64,000 bases of DNA from an uncultured Pelagibacteraceae bacterium (GTDB taxonomy: Bacteria > Pseudomonadota > Alphaproteobacteria > Pelagibacterales > Pelagibacteraceae): assembly GCA_902631595.1 (NCBI GenBank), contig CACOZH010000003.1:8763-72762 (forward strand). Reading direction: 5' to 3'. How positions within the stretch are numbered: the first letter of the stretch is position 1; each line of letters opens with the position of its first letter. Positions 48,602-58,813 of this stretch are shown piece by piece. The notes under the pieces were generated by a model. The model was not told the DNA's origin, did no database searches, and saw only the letters and a program-made list of their open reading frames with translations. A program made the translations under genes and the position numbers.

Positions 48602-49563
48602 AACCAATTATTTGGAATAATTATATAATGTATTGCAAGTACTATACCTACTGAAACAGTTAAGCCGAATACCATTTTTAGGAAATCTTTTCCAATTAAT
48701 GGAAAGACATAACCTAATTTATATTCTTTGTTCATGGTAGCTATAGCAAGTTCTCTTCCACACAATAAACCAACAAATACCCATGTTGTTGACATTGGTA
48801 AATCGTTTAGCTCCTTAAAGTAGAATAAGACAGCAGCATAAATTACGTTAATTATGGTAGCTGATCTTGCATATCTTGTTCCTGTTTTTTCAAGAACAAC
48901 TTTTTGAATTGGTCCTCCTTGAATATAGAAAATGTAAAATAACAATGAAGTAAAATAAGCCATTACAATTAAAAGCAATGTTAAGTCTAACTGTCTAGGC
49001 AGGTATACTGCAATGTTAGCTACATCGTGAGATAACCAAACCCACCATAACCACCCTGATGAAACCCAAACAGCATTTCTCCAAAAGCCTACCCATTTTT
49101 CGTCTACTTCATCAAATTTTTCATTAATGAATTTAGAAACAGCTATCCAGGCGATGTAAGCAACCATAGCTGCTAAACCATAGCCAACGACGCTTTTCAT
49201 AAGCATTTTTTCAAGTACGACTGTTGAGGCAAATGCTGAAAGAACTAAGAAAGTAGTAGATACTGGTATTCCAATTCTTGTTAATAATAATAGTATTGCA
49301 GGTGCTACTGCATGATACCATTGAATTTCTTGATAAGGTATTCTAGTTAATCTTCCATAAGAAATATCACCATCATACGAATACCATCCCCATGCTAACG
49401 CAATAATCATTACAGCTGATGCAGATCCTGCAAGTGTATACCATTTAAACCACTTCTTTTTTGAAGCTATAAATGTACCTAGTGTTTGAATTGAGTCGTT
49501 AGCGATTACGCTATATCCAGCAAGGGCAAACCCTATAACTGTATAAATTAAAGTCATTTCCAT
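48598..49563 (-). CDS. Membrane protein, distant PiT (phosphate/anion permease)-like
   Basis: Twin motifs IANDSIQTLG/PVSTT and SHDVAN/PMSTT mirror the PiT GANDxAN/PxSTT signatures. Confidence 0.65.
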   Translation of the reverse strand: MEMTLIYTVIGFALAGYSVIANDSIQTLGTFIASKKKWFKWYTLAGSASAVMIIALAWGWYSYDGDISYGRLTRIPYQEIQWYHAVAPAILLLLTRIGIPVSTTFLVLSAFASTVVLEKMLMKSVVGYGLAAMVAYIAWIAVSKFINEKFDEVDEKWVGFWRNAVWVSSGWLWWVWLSHDVANIAVYLPRQLDLTLLLIVMAYFTSLLFYIFYIQGGPIQKVVLEKTGTRYARSATIINVIYAAVLFYFKELNDLPMSTTWVFVGLLCGRELAIATMNKEYKLGYVFPLIGKDFLKMVFGLTVSVGIVLAIHYIIIPNNWF

Positions 49564-49755
49564 ACTTTTTTCTCCATATATTATTGTTTTCGGTTCAATC
49601 GATTCATGACTTGAGGTCTATGTAATCTGTGAAGGGAAAATTTTCTATCGCTAAATTTATTTATTTGAGCATCCGTACGAGGATTCGTCAATAAGTAAAC
49701 TAATTAATATTAATGTCTACGTTAAAAATTATTAAAATTCTTAGTAAAGTTGTAT

Positions 49756-50406
49756 TTACTTGATTAATCGCTTGATTATATAAACAGCAGCAATAGCTCC
49801 CAGTAGTTCAGCAAATATATAAGTTGGTGTATTTAAGTAATTAATGCCAGTAAACGAATCTGTAAAAGTTCTAGCAATTGCAACAGCTGGATTCGCAAAT
49901 GATGTGGATGAGGTAAACCAATAACCAGCGGATATATAAGTAGCAACACATGCGGCTACTGTAGTTTTACCATCTTTTAATGTAGCAAAAATAATAAAAA
50001 TAAGACCAAATGTTGCTACTATTTCTGATAAAAATATATGAAAACCATCTCTATTTTTTGTAGATAATTCAATAATATTGTGTTCAAAAAAAACGTTGGC
50101 TAACATAACTCCCAAAAAACAACCAAGTATTTGTGCAGGAATATAGGTTAATAATTCTTTTCCTTTAATTTTTTTAGTTAAATACATTGATAAACTGACA
50201 AAAGGATTAAGGTGAGCACCTGAAATATTGGCAAAAGACGTTATTAAAACAAACAATCCTGCTCCAGTAGCAATTGTATTTGCTAATAATCTAACAGCAT
50301 TATCATTAGTTAAATTTTCAGCCATTATTCCAGAACCAACAATAACCATTACTAAAAAGCAGCTAGCTATAAACTCGCCCAAGAAAATTTTATTATTGTT
50401 CTTCAT
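49756..50406 (-). CDS. Aquaporin/MIP channel (AqpS-like, arsenic associated)
   Basis: GSGIMA, LLANTIATG, SGAHLNPF, YWFTSSTSFANPA. Confidence 0.9.
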   Translation of the reverse strand: MKNNNKIFLGEFIASCFLVMVIVGSGIMAENLTNDNAVRLLANTIATGAGLFVLITSFANISGAHLNPFVSLSMYLTKKIKGKELLTYIPAQILGCFLGVMLANVFFEHNIIELSTKNRDGFHIFLSEIVATFGLIFIIFATLKDGKTTVAACVATYISAGYWFTSSTSFANPAVAIARTFTDSFTGINYLNTPTYIFAELLGAIAAVYIIKRLIK

Positions 50407-50827
50407 TTTTTATCCAATTATTAATTTTTTCGTTAATAACATTAAACGTGTTTAAGATAATGTTATTTTTTTCATTTTCATTTAAATTTATTAATTTAGA
50501 TACAGGATCTTCAATATCCCAGTGAATAATTTGATCTCTTTTAGGCCAGATAGGACAAACTTCCTTATTTGCATTATTGCAGACGGTAATCACATGATCC
50601 ATTTTAATTTCATTATTAATAAAAGTATCAAAGTTTTTGGATGTTATTTTGCTCAGATCGTAATTTTTCATTTCTAAAAATTTTTTAATATCACTATTTA
50701 TCTTACCCGTTGGGTTACTGCCGGCGCTATAAGCTTTATATTTATCTTTAAAATGATTATTTACTATTGCTTCAGCAATTATACTCCTTGCTGAGTTTCC
50801 AGTGCAAACAAAGAGAATATTTTTCAT
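50393..50827 (-). CDS. arsC: Thioredoxin-type arsenate reductase (LMW-PTP fold)
   Basis: CTGNSARS P-loop, SAG, TVC...VCP, HWDIEDP. Confidence 0.9.
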   Translation of the reverse strand: MKNILFVCTGNSARSIIAEAIVNNHFKDKYKAYSAGSNPTGKINSDIKKFLEMKNYDLSKITSKNFDTFINNEIKMDHVITVCNNANKEVCPIWPKRDQIIHWDIEDPVSKLINLNENEKNNIILNTFNVINEKINNWIKNEEQ

Positions 50828-51048
50828 TAAATAATAACTTTATAAATTCCAATTAAAAATAAAGGTATTTGAAAGCCAAAGTTTGTAAGAATAGCTTTAT
50901 CTTTGCTCATAAAACCAGCTATTGTCCAACCTACTACACCTAATCCATGAAAATAAATATTTAATGGGTATATATTCAAATTTGTTAAAAGTATTCCTGT
51001 TAATACTAAAAAGGTACTTATCCATTTAAGATATTTCTTTAAAAACAT
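50827..51048 (-). CDS. Small membrane protein
   Basis: 73 aa, LTNLNIYPLNI; stop overlaps the arsC start. Confidence 0.75.
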   Translation of the reverse strand: MFLKKYLKWISTFLVLTGILLTNLNIYPLNIYFHGLGVVGWTIAGFMSKDKAILTNFGFQIPLFLIGIYKVII

Positions 51049-51123
51049 TTTATCTCCTCCCTGTTTGATATATTAATATTATGTTAAAATTTCATTATAA
51101 ATAATGAATTTCGACGCTAGTCT

Positions 51124-53079
51124 ATGAGAAAACTTTGGTCTGCCAGCAAATCAGAAATTGCAAATTCGAATCTTGCAAATTATGAAGGTTATATCTCACA
51201 AAAATACAACCAAAAGTTCAAAGGAAATTATAAAAATATTTTAACTTGGAGTATAAAAAATTCAGCTAAATTTTGGGAGTCGATCTGGGATTATAGTAAA
51301 GTTAAAGGTAATAAGGGCTCAATAAATTTAAAGAAATCCAAAACATTTTATAAAAATTACTTTCTATCAGATTACAAATTAAATTTTGCAGAAAATTTAT
51401 TGTCAAAAAACGACAATTCTAAAGCAATAACTTTTATAAGCGAAAATGGGTATAAAGAAAAAAGAACTTGGAAACAATTAAACGTAAATTCAAATAAAAT
51501 AATTAGTTTTCTAAAATCAAATAATATTAAAAGCGGTGACAGAGTTGCAGCTTATCTTCCAAATATAATTGAAACAGTTGAATATTTTATTGGAACAAGT
51601 GCTATTGGTGCAATTTGGTCATCATGCTCTCCAGATTTTGGAGTTAAAGGAGTTATTGAAAGATTTGCACAAATTAAACCTAAAATATTAGTTATTGCAG
51701 ATAGATATTATTATAATGGAAAAGAGATTAATGTTATTGAAAGACTTCCAGAAATATTAAAAAAAATTAAATCAATTAAAAGAGTAGTTGTTTTAAGTTA
51801 CCCTGGAAAAAAGCTTACTAAGTTTAAGAAGATTAAGGGAATTAAGTATTTTTATTCTATAGATATAAAAAATATAAAAAAAACAAATCATATATTAAAG
51901 AAATTTAACTTTAATCATCCTTTAGCTATCCTTTACTCAAGCGGAACTACAGGAAAGCCCAAGTGTATTTGTCATAGAACTGGTGGTGTACTACTGCAAC
52001 ATTTAAAAGAACATCAATTACACTGTGAAATCAAACCTGGTGATAATATTTTTTATTTTACCACATGTGGCTGGATGATGTGGAATTGGCTCGTAAGCTC
52101 TCTTGCATCTAAAGCATCGATTTTACTTTTTGATGGTTTTCCAATGTATAAAAAAAATGATTTGTTATTTAAAATAGTAAATCAAGAAAAAGTAAGTTTA
52201 CTTGGAGTTAGTGCAAAATATATAGATAGCCTTAAAAAATTAAAACTTAAAATAAAAAGTAAATTTAAACTTAAAAATCTTAAAGTGATTTGTTCAACTG
52301 GTTCACCTTTATCAAACGAAGGTTTTGAATATATTTATAAAAACGTCAAAAAAAATGTTCACCTTTCATCTATTTCTGGTGGAACCGATATAGTTTCCTG
52401 TTTTGTGTTAGGAAATATTTATCAACCTGTTTATTCTGGAGAAATACAGGCAAATGGCCTAGGATTAGATGTAAAGGTCTATAGTGAGAAAGGTAAATCT
52501 AAAATTAATCAAAAAGGTGAATTAGTTTGCTGTTCTCCATTCCCTTGTGTGCCAATAAAATTCTGGAAGGATAGTAATAATAAAAAGTTCGAAAAAGCTT
52601 ATTTTAAAAGATTTAAAAACACATGGCACCACGGTGACTATGCTCTAAAAACCAATAGAGGCGGCTATATTATTTATGGAAGATCTGATGCAACATTAAA
52701 CCCTGGTGGTGTAAGATTAGGTACTGCTGAAATTTATTCTGAGGTTGAAAAGTTTAAAGAAATTAAAGAGTCTATAGTTGTCGGACAGTCTTGGGATAAT
52801 GATATTAGAATAATTTTATTTGTAATACTAAACAATAAATACGAACTAAATGAAGAATTAAAACTCAAAATGAAAAAACAAATTAGGTTTAATGCTTCAC
52901 CTAGGCATGTCCCATCTAAAATCATTCAAGTAAGCGATATTCCTAGAACTAAAAACAATAAAATAGTAGAGTTAGCTGTAAAAAACATAATAGAAGGTAA
53001 TCAGATTAAAAATAAAGAAGCCTTGGCAAACCCTAAAATTCTTGATGAATTTAAAGATATAAAAGAATTAAAACACTAA
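51124..53079 (+). CDS. Acetoacetate-CoA ligase
   Basis: LNFAENLL, WSSCSPDFG, YSSGTTGKPKC, TTCGWMMWNW, SISGGTDI, GRSDATLNPGGVR. Confidence 0.93.
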   Translation: MRKLWSASKSEIANSNLANYEGYISQKYNQKFKGNYKNILTWSIKNSAKFWESIWDYSKVKGNKGSINLKKSKTFYKNYFLSDYKLNFAENLLSKNDNSKAITFISENGYKEKRTWKQLNVNSNKIISFLKSNNIKSGDRVAAYLPNIIETVEYFIGTSAIGAIWSSCSPDFGVKGVIERFAQIKPKILVIADRYYYNGKEINVIERLPEILKKIKSIKRVVVLSYPGKKLTKFKKIKGIKYFYSIDIKNIKKTNHILKKFNFNHPLAILYSSGTTGKPKCICHRTGGVLLQHLKEHQLHCEIKPGDNIFYFTTCGWMMWNWLVSSLASKASILLFDGFPMYKKNDLLFKIVNQEKVSLLGVSAKYIDSLKKLKLKIKSKFKLKNLKVICSTGSPLSNEGFEYIYKNVKKNVHLSSISGGTDIVSCFVLGNIYQPVYSGEIQANGLGLDVKVYSEKGKSKINQKGELVCCSPFPCVPIKFWKDSNNKKFEKAYFKRFKNTWHHGDYALKTNRGGYIIYGRSDATLNPGGVRLGTAEIYSEVEKFKEIKESIVVGQSWDNDIRIILFVILNNKYELNEELKLKMKKQIRFNASPRHVPSKIIQVSDIPRTKNNKIVELAVKNIIEGNQIKNKEALANPKILDEFKDIKELKH

Positions 53080-54296
53080 TGATTAAAGATATTATAAAAA
53101 ACTTAAAACCGTCCTCTACTCTACTTATTAATGAAGTATCAAATAAAATGGAGAAAGAGGGAAAGAAAGTTTATAAATTTGGCTTTGGTCAATCCCCTTT
53201 TAAAGTTCCTGAGGACGTAGTAGCTGAGTTAAAAAATAATGCTCATCAAAATAGCTATTTACCAATGCAAGGATTAAAAGAGCTAAGAGAAGCTATTGCT
53301 AAATATATTTCTTCAAAAAAAAAATTAGAATATAGACCAGAAAATATAATTGTAGGTCCTGGTTCAAAAGAACTTATGTTCTTACTTCATATACTTTTTG
53401 ATGGAGAAATTATTTTACCTGCACCAAGCTGGGTATCATACGCTCCACAAGCGATAATAGGTAGAAATAAAATTAAATGGTTAGAATGCTCTAGAGAAAA
53501 TAATTGGTTTCCAATAGCTGAAGAATTAGAAAAATTATTAAAAAAAAATAAAGATCAAAAATATTTACTTTTTTTAAATTCACCGAATAATCCATCTGGG
53601 CAAATTTGTGGAAATTTAGAAGAGCTTGCTACATTATCAAAAAAATACAATTTATACTTCTTGTCAGATGAAATTTATTCTGAATTGTCTTTTGAAGATA
53701 ACTATAAGTCAATTGCAACATATGCTCCTGATAAAACAATAATAAGCACAGGTCTTAGCAAATGGTGTGGCGCTGGTGGATGGAGACTTGGATATTTTAT
53801 TATTCCAGAAAATTTATCAAATATTACAAACCAACTTAAAGTTTTAGCAAGTGAGACTTTTTCATCTGTAAGTGCGCCAATTCAGTATGCTGCAATTACA
53901 GCTCATAAAAATAATCATGATGATTATATTCAAAAATCTAAAAATATTCTTAAATCAGTTGGAAATTATGTTTATGAAAATTTAAAATCAAACGATGTTT
54001 TAATTAATAAACCACAAGGTGGATTTTATTTAATGCCAGAGTTTGTTGGAAAAAAATTTAATTCCTCAAGTGAAATGTGTAAAGATATTTTAGAAAAAAC
54101 AGGAGTGGCGTTGCTTCCTGGATCAGATTTTGGTTTTAAAGAAAATAAACTGTTAGCAAGATTAAGCTTCACAGATTTTGATGGTAAAAATTTTATGGAA
54201 AAAACCCATAATGAAAAAATAGATAATCAAACTATTAAAAATTTTGCACCTAAGGTTGTAGAAGGTGTAAATAGATTAAAAAACTGGTCCAAATAA
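53079..54296 (+). CDS. Class I/II PLP aminotransferase
   Basis: GFGQSPF, PSWVSY, NSPNNPSG, SDEIY, GLSKWCGAGGWRLG. Confidence 0.9.
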   Translation: MIKDIIKNLKPSSTLLINEVSNKMEKEGKKVYKFGFGQSPFKVPEDVVAELKNNAHQNSYLPMQGLKELREAIAKYISSKKKLEYRPENIIVGPGSKELMFLLHILFDGEIILPAPSWVSYAPQAIIGRNKIKWLECSRENNWFPIAEELEKLLKKNKDQKYLLFLNSPNNPSGQICGNLEELATLSKKYNLYFLSDEIYSELSFEDNYKSIATYAPDKTIISTGLSKWCGAGGWRLGYFIIPENLSNITNQLKVLASETFSSVSAPIQYAAITAHKNNHDDYIQKSKNILKSVGNYVYENLKSNDVLINKPQGGFYLMPEFVGKKFNSSSEMCKDILEKTGVALLPGSDFGFKENKLLARLSFTDFDGKNFMEKTHNEKIDNQTIKNFAPKVVEGVNRLKNWSK

Positions 54297-54364
54297 ACCA
54301 ATTCTTAGCTCGACAACAACTTAATAAAGATGGTAAAATTTTTATTATAAATAAAGGGGGGAAC

Positions 54365-55372
54365 ATGAGAAAAATTATCTCAAATATATCTGCCATCTTT
54401 TTATTAGTTGTATCAACTCTTTCGTTTACAACAGTTGCTAAATCAGCAGAGTTTTTTACAATTGGTACAGGTGGACCTACTGGAGTTTATTTCCAGACTG
54501 GAAACGCGATATGTAAAATGCTTCATAAGTATGCAACAAGTTCAGAGCATGGAAGAAGCAAAGCTAATTCGGACAAAGCATACAGATGTACTGCACCTTC
54601 AACAGGAGGATCTAATTATAATATTGGACAAATCAAAGAGGGTGAATTTCAATTTGGTGTTGCACAATCTGACTGGCAGTATCATGCTTATAACGGTTCA
54701 AGCAAATGGGAAGGAAAACAATACAGCAATCTAAGAGCTGTATTTTCTGTTCACAACGAGCCATTTCAAATTTGGGCTAGAAAAAAAGCTAAAGTTAAAG
54801 ATTTTGCTGGCTTAGAAGGAAAAGTGGTTAACATTGGTAACCCTGGTTCTGGTCAAAGAGGAACTATGGAAGAACTTATGAAAGCAAAAGGTGTTAGCAA
54901 TAGTTTCTTTAAATCAGTTACTGAATTAACTTCATCAGAGCAAGTTAAAGCACTTTGCGATGGTAAAATTGATGCCTTTGGTTATTCTGTTGGTTTTCCA
55001 AATGGTGCAATGGAACAAGCTGCAACATGTGGAGCTAAAGCATTACCAATCAATTTGACAGGTTCAGAAGTTCAAGGATTAATTAGTGGAGCTGACTATT
55101 ATGCTCAAGCAATTATTCCAAAAGGAACATATACAGGTCAGAAAAAAGACGTTACTACATTTGGTGTAAAAGCTACTGTAGTTACAAGCGCCGATGTTTC
55201 TGAAGAACTTGTATATCTAGTTACAAAAGCTGTTTTTGAAAACTTTGATGATTTCAGAAAACAACATCCAGCATTTGCACCTTTAAAAAAGGAAAATATG
55301 ATAGCTGACGGATTATCAGCTCCATTACATCCTGGTGCTATTAAATACTATAAAGAAGCTGGGTTAATGTAA
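54365..55372 (+). CDS. TAXI-family TRAP solute-binding protein
   Basis: Signal peptide, IGTGGPTGVY, STGGS, AQSD, GNPGSGQR, PLHPGA. Confidence 0.93.
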   Translation: MRKIISNISAIFLLVVSTLSFTTVAKSAEFFTIGTGGPTGVYFQTGNAICKMLHKYATSSEHGRSKANSDKAYRCTAPSTGGSNYNIGQIKEGEFQFGVAQSDWQYHAYNGSSKWEGKQYSNLRAVFSVHNEPFQIWARKKAKVKDFAGLEGKVVNIGNPGSGQRGTMEELMKAKGVSNSFFKSVTELTSSEQVKALCDGKIDAFGYSVGFPNGAMEQAATCGAKALPINLTGSEVQGLISGADYYAQAIIPKGTYTGQKKDVTTFGVKATVVTSADVSEELVYLVTKAVFENFDDFRKQHPAFAPLKKENMIADGLSAPLHPGAIKYYKEAGLM

Positions 55373-55391
55373 TTATTATCCATATTAAATT

Positions 55392-55423
55392 AAAAGGCCC
55401 GATTTTTATTGGGCCTTTTTTTT
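55392..55423 (+). terminator. Intrinsic terminator between TAXI SBP and permease
   Basis: AAAAGGCCCGA-ttttta-TTGGGCCTTTTTTTT. Confidence 0.85.
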
Positions 55424-55444
55424 AGGATCGTATAAAATTGTTAA

Positions 55445-57787
55445 ATGAATGAGTCATTAGATAATATCAAAACTAAAATTCAAGAAGATATTTCTCCTAC
55501 AAAAAGATTATCTGGTTTTCATTTAAAGGTAGTTGGATATATAGCAATTATCTGGTCACTATTTCAATTATGGTACGCATCACCATTTCCATTTATGTTG
55601 GATTTTGGAATGTTCAAAGGCCTACCTGCAAGAGCGATACATTTGGGATTTGCACTTTTATTAGCTTTTTTGATTTTTCCAATTAAAAAAAATAAAAGTA
55701 TTTCAGTAATCGATATTTTTATTTCCTTAGTGGCTTTATTTTGCTGTCTTTATATATATTTTTTTTATGACCAATTAGTTGATAGAGGTGGAGTTTTATT
55801 AACAATTCAATTTGGTAGTTTTGAGTTTCCTCTAGAGTTAGTTATTGGTTCATTAGGTATATTCCTTTTATTAGAAGCAACAAGAAGAGTAATTGGTAAA
55901 CCACTTGTTATTATTGCTGTTTGTTTTTTATTATTTTCTTATTTTGGAAAATATGCACCAGAAATTATTTCTCACGGAGGATTGTCTTTAAAAAGGCTGG
56001 TTGGTTTTCAGTGGTTTGATCAAGAAGCTATATTTGGCATACCAATCGGTGTCTCAGTTGATTTTATATTTTTATTTGTATTATTTGGAGCATTTCTTGA
56101 AACAGCAGGTGGAGGAAAATATTTTTTAGATTTAGCATTTGCGTTAGTTGGAAAATCCAGAGGTGGTCCAGCAAAAGCAGCAATTTTAGGATCCGGTATG
56201 ACAGGAATGATATCAGGCTCGTCTGTAGCTAATACAGTAACAACTGGAACTTTTACAATTCCAATAATGAAACAAACTGGTTTTTCAAAAGAAAAAGCTG
56301 GAGCAATAGAAGTTTCATCATCTGTGAATGGGCAAATAATGCCACCTGTTATGGGAGCTGCAGCTTTTGTAATGGCAAGTTTCATTGGCGTAACATACTT
56401 TGAAATTGTAAAGCATGCTTTTTTACCAGCTATAATTTCCTACATAGCACTTTTTTATATATCTCATTTAGAAGCTTTAAAATTAGGTTTAAAAGGAATA
56501 GATGAAAAAGATTTACCAAAACTAAAAAAAACTTTTATTTCTGGGTTACACTTCCTAATTCCAATTTTTATACTTATATATCTGCTGGTTTACATGAGGC
56601 TTACTGCTTCATATTCAATATTTTATGCAACGATAGCTTTAATCCTTGTTAACTTTATAAATAAGTTAATTAAGTCACCCAAAGACATCTCTCTAAGATC
56701 TATTTTAAAAAATTGGGCTAAAGAAACAATAATTGGTCTAGAAAAAGGTGCTATTAATATGATTGCTGTAGGAGTAGCAATTGCAACCGCAGGAGTAATT
56801 GTTGGTGCCGTAGGGTCTACAGGATTAAGCACAAATTTAATATTAGTTATAGAGTCTATTGCTGGAGATAATGTTGTAATTCTAATTGCTTTAACAATTT
56901 TACTATGTTTACTTCTTGGGATGGGTTTGCCAACCACAGCAAACTATGTGGTAGTCGCATCTTTAATGTCGATGGTACTGGTGGATGTTGGTAATGCATC
57001 TGGATACATTTTCCCAATAATTGCAGTTCATTTATTTGTTTTTTACTTTGGATTGATGGCTGATGTTACCCCTCCTGTTGGTTTAGCTTCATATGCTGCC
57101 GCCGGTATATCAGGTGGAGATCCTTTAAGGACTGGTATGCAGGCAATTTGGTATAGTTTGCGAACAGGGGTATTGCCTATTGTATTTTTATTTAATCATG
57201 AGCTGCTATTAATTGGAGTAGAAAATTTTTGGCACGCAGTTTTGGTTATTATTACATCTTTAATTGGTATTTTAGTATTTTCTGCTGCAACACAAGCATG
57301 GTTTATAAATAAATTAAGATGGTTTGAAATAATAATATTTTTGATAATTTCATTATCTTTTCTTTCTCCTGAGTATGTATTAAATAAATTTTATCCAAAA
57401 TTTAAATATTTAAATCTCGAGCAGGCACAAAATCATTTTTTTGAGCCAAATAAAGATGTACATATTAAAATTACAAGACAAACTGAGTATGGTGACAAAT
57501 ACAAGCTATTCGTAATAAATAAGAATACCTTTGATGAAAATTATAATTTAGAAAATTATGGTTTAAATATTACTAAATTAGAAAATAACATAATAGTTGA
57601 TACACTTGATTGGAAAGGCATTGCTAAAAAAAGTGGTTTAGAAATGGATGACATAATTAATGAAATTAAAATTGAGAATTTTGAAAGACCCAATAAAGAT
57701 ATTGTTTATATTTTTTCATTAATTGCTCTTTTTTTATTTGGATTTTTAAATTACAAAAATTATAGATTTAGTGACAAGCAACATTAA
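55445..57787 (+). CDS. TRAP transporter fused 4TM/12TM permease
   Basis: LEATRR, RGGPAK, SGSSVAN, GQIMPPVMGAAAF, GMGLPTTANY, ADVTPPV. Confidence 0.93.
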   Translation: MNESLDNIKTKIQEDISPTKRLSGFHLKVVGYIAIIWSLFQLWYASPFPFMLDFGMFKGLPARAIHLGFALLLAFLIFPIKKNKSISVIDIFISLVALFCCLYIYFFYDQLVDRGGVLLTIQFGSFEFPLELVIGSLGIFLLLEATRRVIGKPLVIIAVCFLLFSYFGKYAPEIISHGGLSLKRLVGFQWFDQEAIFGIPIGVSVDFIFLFVLFGAFLETAGGGKYFLDLAFALVGKSRGGPAKAAILGSGMTGMISGSSVANTVTTGTFTIPIMKQTGFSKEKAGAIEVSSSVNGQIMPPVMGAAAFVMASFIGVTYFEIVKHAFLPAIISYIALFYISHLEALKLGLKGIDEKDLPKLKKTFISGLHFLIPIFILIYLLVYMRLTASYSIFYATIALILVNFINKLIKSPKDISLRSILKNWAKETIIGLEKGAINMIAVGVAIATAGVIVGAVGSTGLSTNLILVIESIAGDNVVILIALTILLCLLLGMGLPTTANYVVVASLMSMVLVDVGNASGYIFPIIAVHLFVFYFGLMADVTPPVGLASYAAAGISGGDPLRTGMQAIWYSLRTGVLPIVFLFNHELLLIGVENFWHAVLVIITSLIGILVFSAATQAWFINKLRWFEIIIFLIISLSFLSPEYVLNKFYPKFKYLNLEQAQNHFFEPNKDVHIKITRQTEYGDKYKLFVINKNTFDENYNLENYGLNITKLENNIIVDTLDWKGIAKKSGLEMDDIINEIKIENFERPNKDIVYIFSLIALFLFGFLNYKNYRFSDKQH

Positions 57788-58214
57788 ATTTTTTTAATCT
57801 CCAATAATTGTACGGCCAAGGTGTTAAAAAACCTACAATTAACATAATTGGAACCACCCACCAAGTTAGTATGGCTCCACCAGTTAGAATATAATCAGTT
57901 ACATTCATTGCTATCTCCATACTAATCATAGAAATAAAACTCATTCCTAAAGCGGTTTTTAAAGCTGATGAAAAATCAAATTTTTGTTTTATTAAAATTA
58001 ATGTCTCAAGAATTATGCTTGTTACCAATCCATTAATAATAGCTAATATCATTATCCATATTACTGGAAATGGGATTTTTGTTATTTGAAAAAACAAAAT
58101 TGTACCAAAATCTCCGATTGCACAACCTAATAAACACCATGCTGTATTTTTTGCACTTCGGCTCCATGTGTGTTTACAAGTCCAGTGAAAACTGGATTTA
58201 GCTATATTTTCCAT
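57768..58214 (-). CDS. DUF4396 family membrane protein
   Basis: TAWCLLGCAIGD, SMISMEIAMN, GFLTPWPYNYW. Confidence 0.85.
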   Translation of the reverse strand: MENIAKSSFHWTCKHTWSRSAKNTAWCLLGCAIGDFGTILFFQITKIPFPVIWIMILAIINGLVTSIILETLILIKQKFDFSSALKTALGMSFISMISMEIAMNVTDYILTGGAILTWWVVPIMLIVGFLTPWPYNYWRLKKFNVACH

Positions 58215-58219
58215 TAATA

Positions 58220-58723
58220 TTAATTTATATCAACTGTCGCAATCATACCAGCTTGATAATGCCCTGGTATATTGCATGCAATCTCTATATTAATTGCATT
58301 ATCAAACTTCCAAATTAAGTTTGCTTTTTCTCCTGGTTGAAGCAATACACTATTACTATGAGAATGTGCCATCGCCTTATCTATCTTGGCCATTTTCTTC
58401 ATTTTTTCTTTATCTATCGATGTAACTTTAAGTATCCCTAGGTCAAACATTTTTTTCATCTCTGGCTGATGTTTTTTATGCATCATTGAATTTGCTATAT
58501 TAAATTCATGAACCAATACTCCTGCGTTTACTACCTCAAAATTAATTGTTTCGCCGGCTTTAATATTCAGGCTTTTAGGTTCATAGTAATTGTCGTACAT
58601 TATGACTTTTATTGTACGATCTACCTCATTTAACTTTCCCTCTTTTCCGATTTTCATGTTTTTATCCGCGTAAGCGTTAAAGCTAAATAATAAAACCGTT
58701 ACAATTAAAAAATTTTTGATCAT
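58220..58723 (-). CDS. Periplasmic cupredoxin (CopI-like copper-binding protein)
   Basis: Signal peptide, HEF, Met/His-rich insert, ACNIPGHYQAGM type-1 Cu motif. Confidence 0.88.
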   Translation of the reverse strand: MIKNFLIVTVLLFSFNAYADKNMKIGKEGKLNEVDRTIKVIMYDNYYEPKSLNIKAGETINFEVVNAGVLVHEFNIANSMMHKKHQPEMKKMFDLGILKVTSIDKEKMKKMAKIDKAMAHSHSNSVLLQPGEKANLIWKFDNAINIEIACNIPGHYQAGMIATVDIN

Positions 58724-58775
58724 AAAGTACTTATAATTAATTTTCATTAATGCACCATGTGTCAGTTTGTTAGAC

Positions 58776-58813
58776 GAAAAATTGAGTAAGCAAACGCTAA
58801 TGTTTGCTTACTC
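58776..58813 (-). terminator. Perfect 12-bp hairpin with U-tract on the minus strand
   Basis: GAGTAAGCAAAC-gctaat-GTTTGCTTACTC, followed on the minus strand by AATTTTT. Confidence 0.65.
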
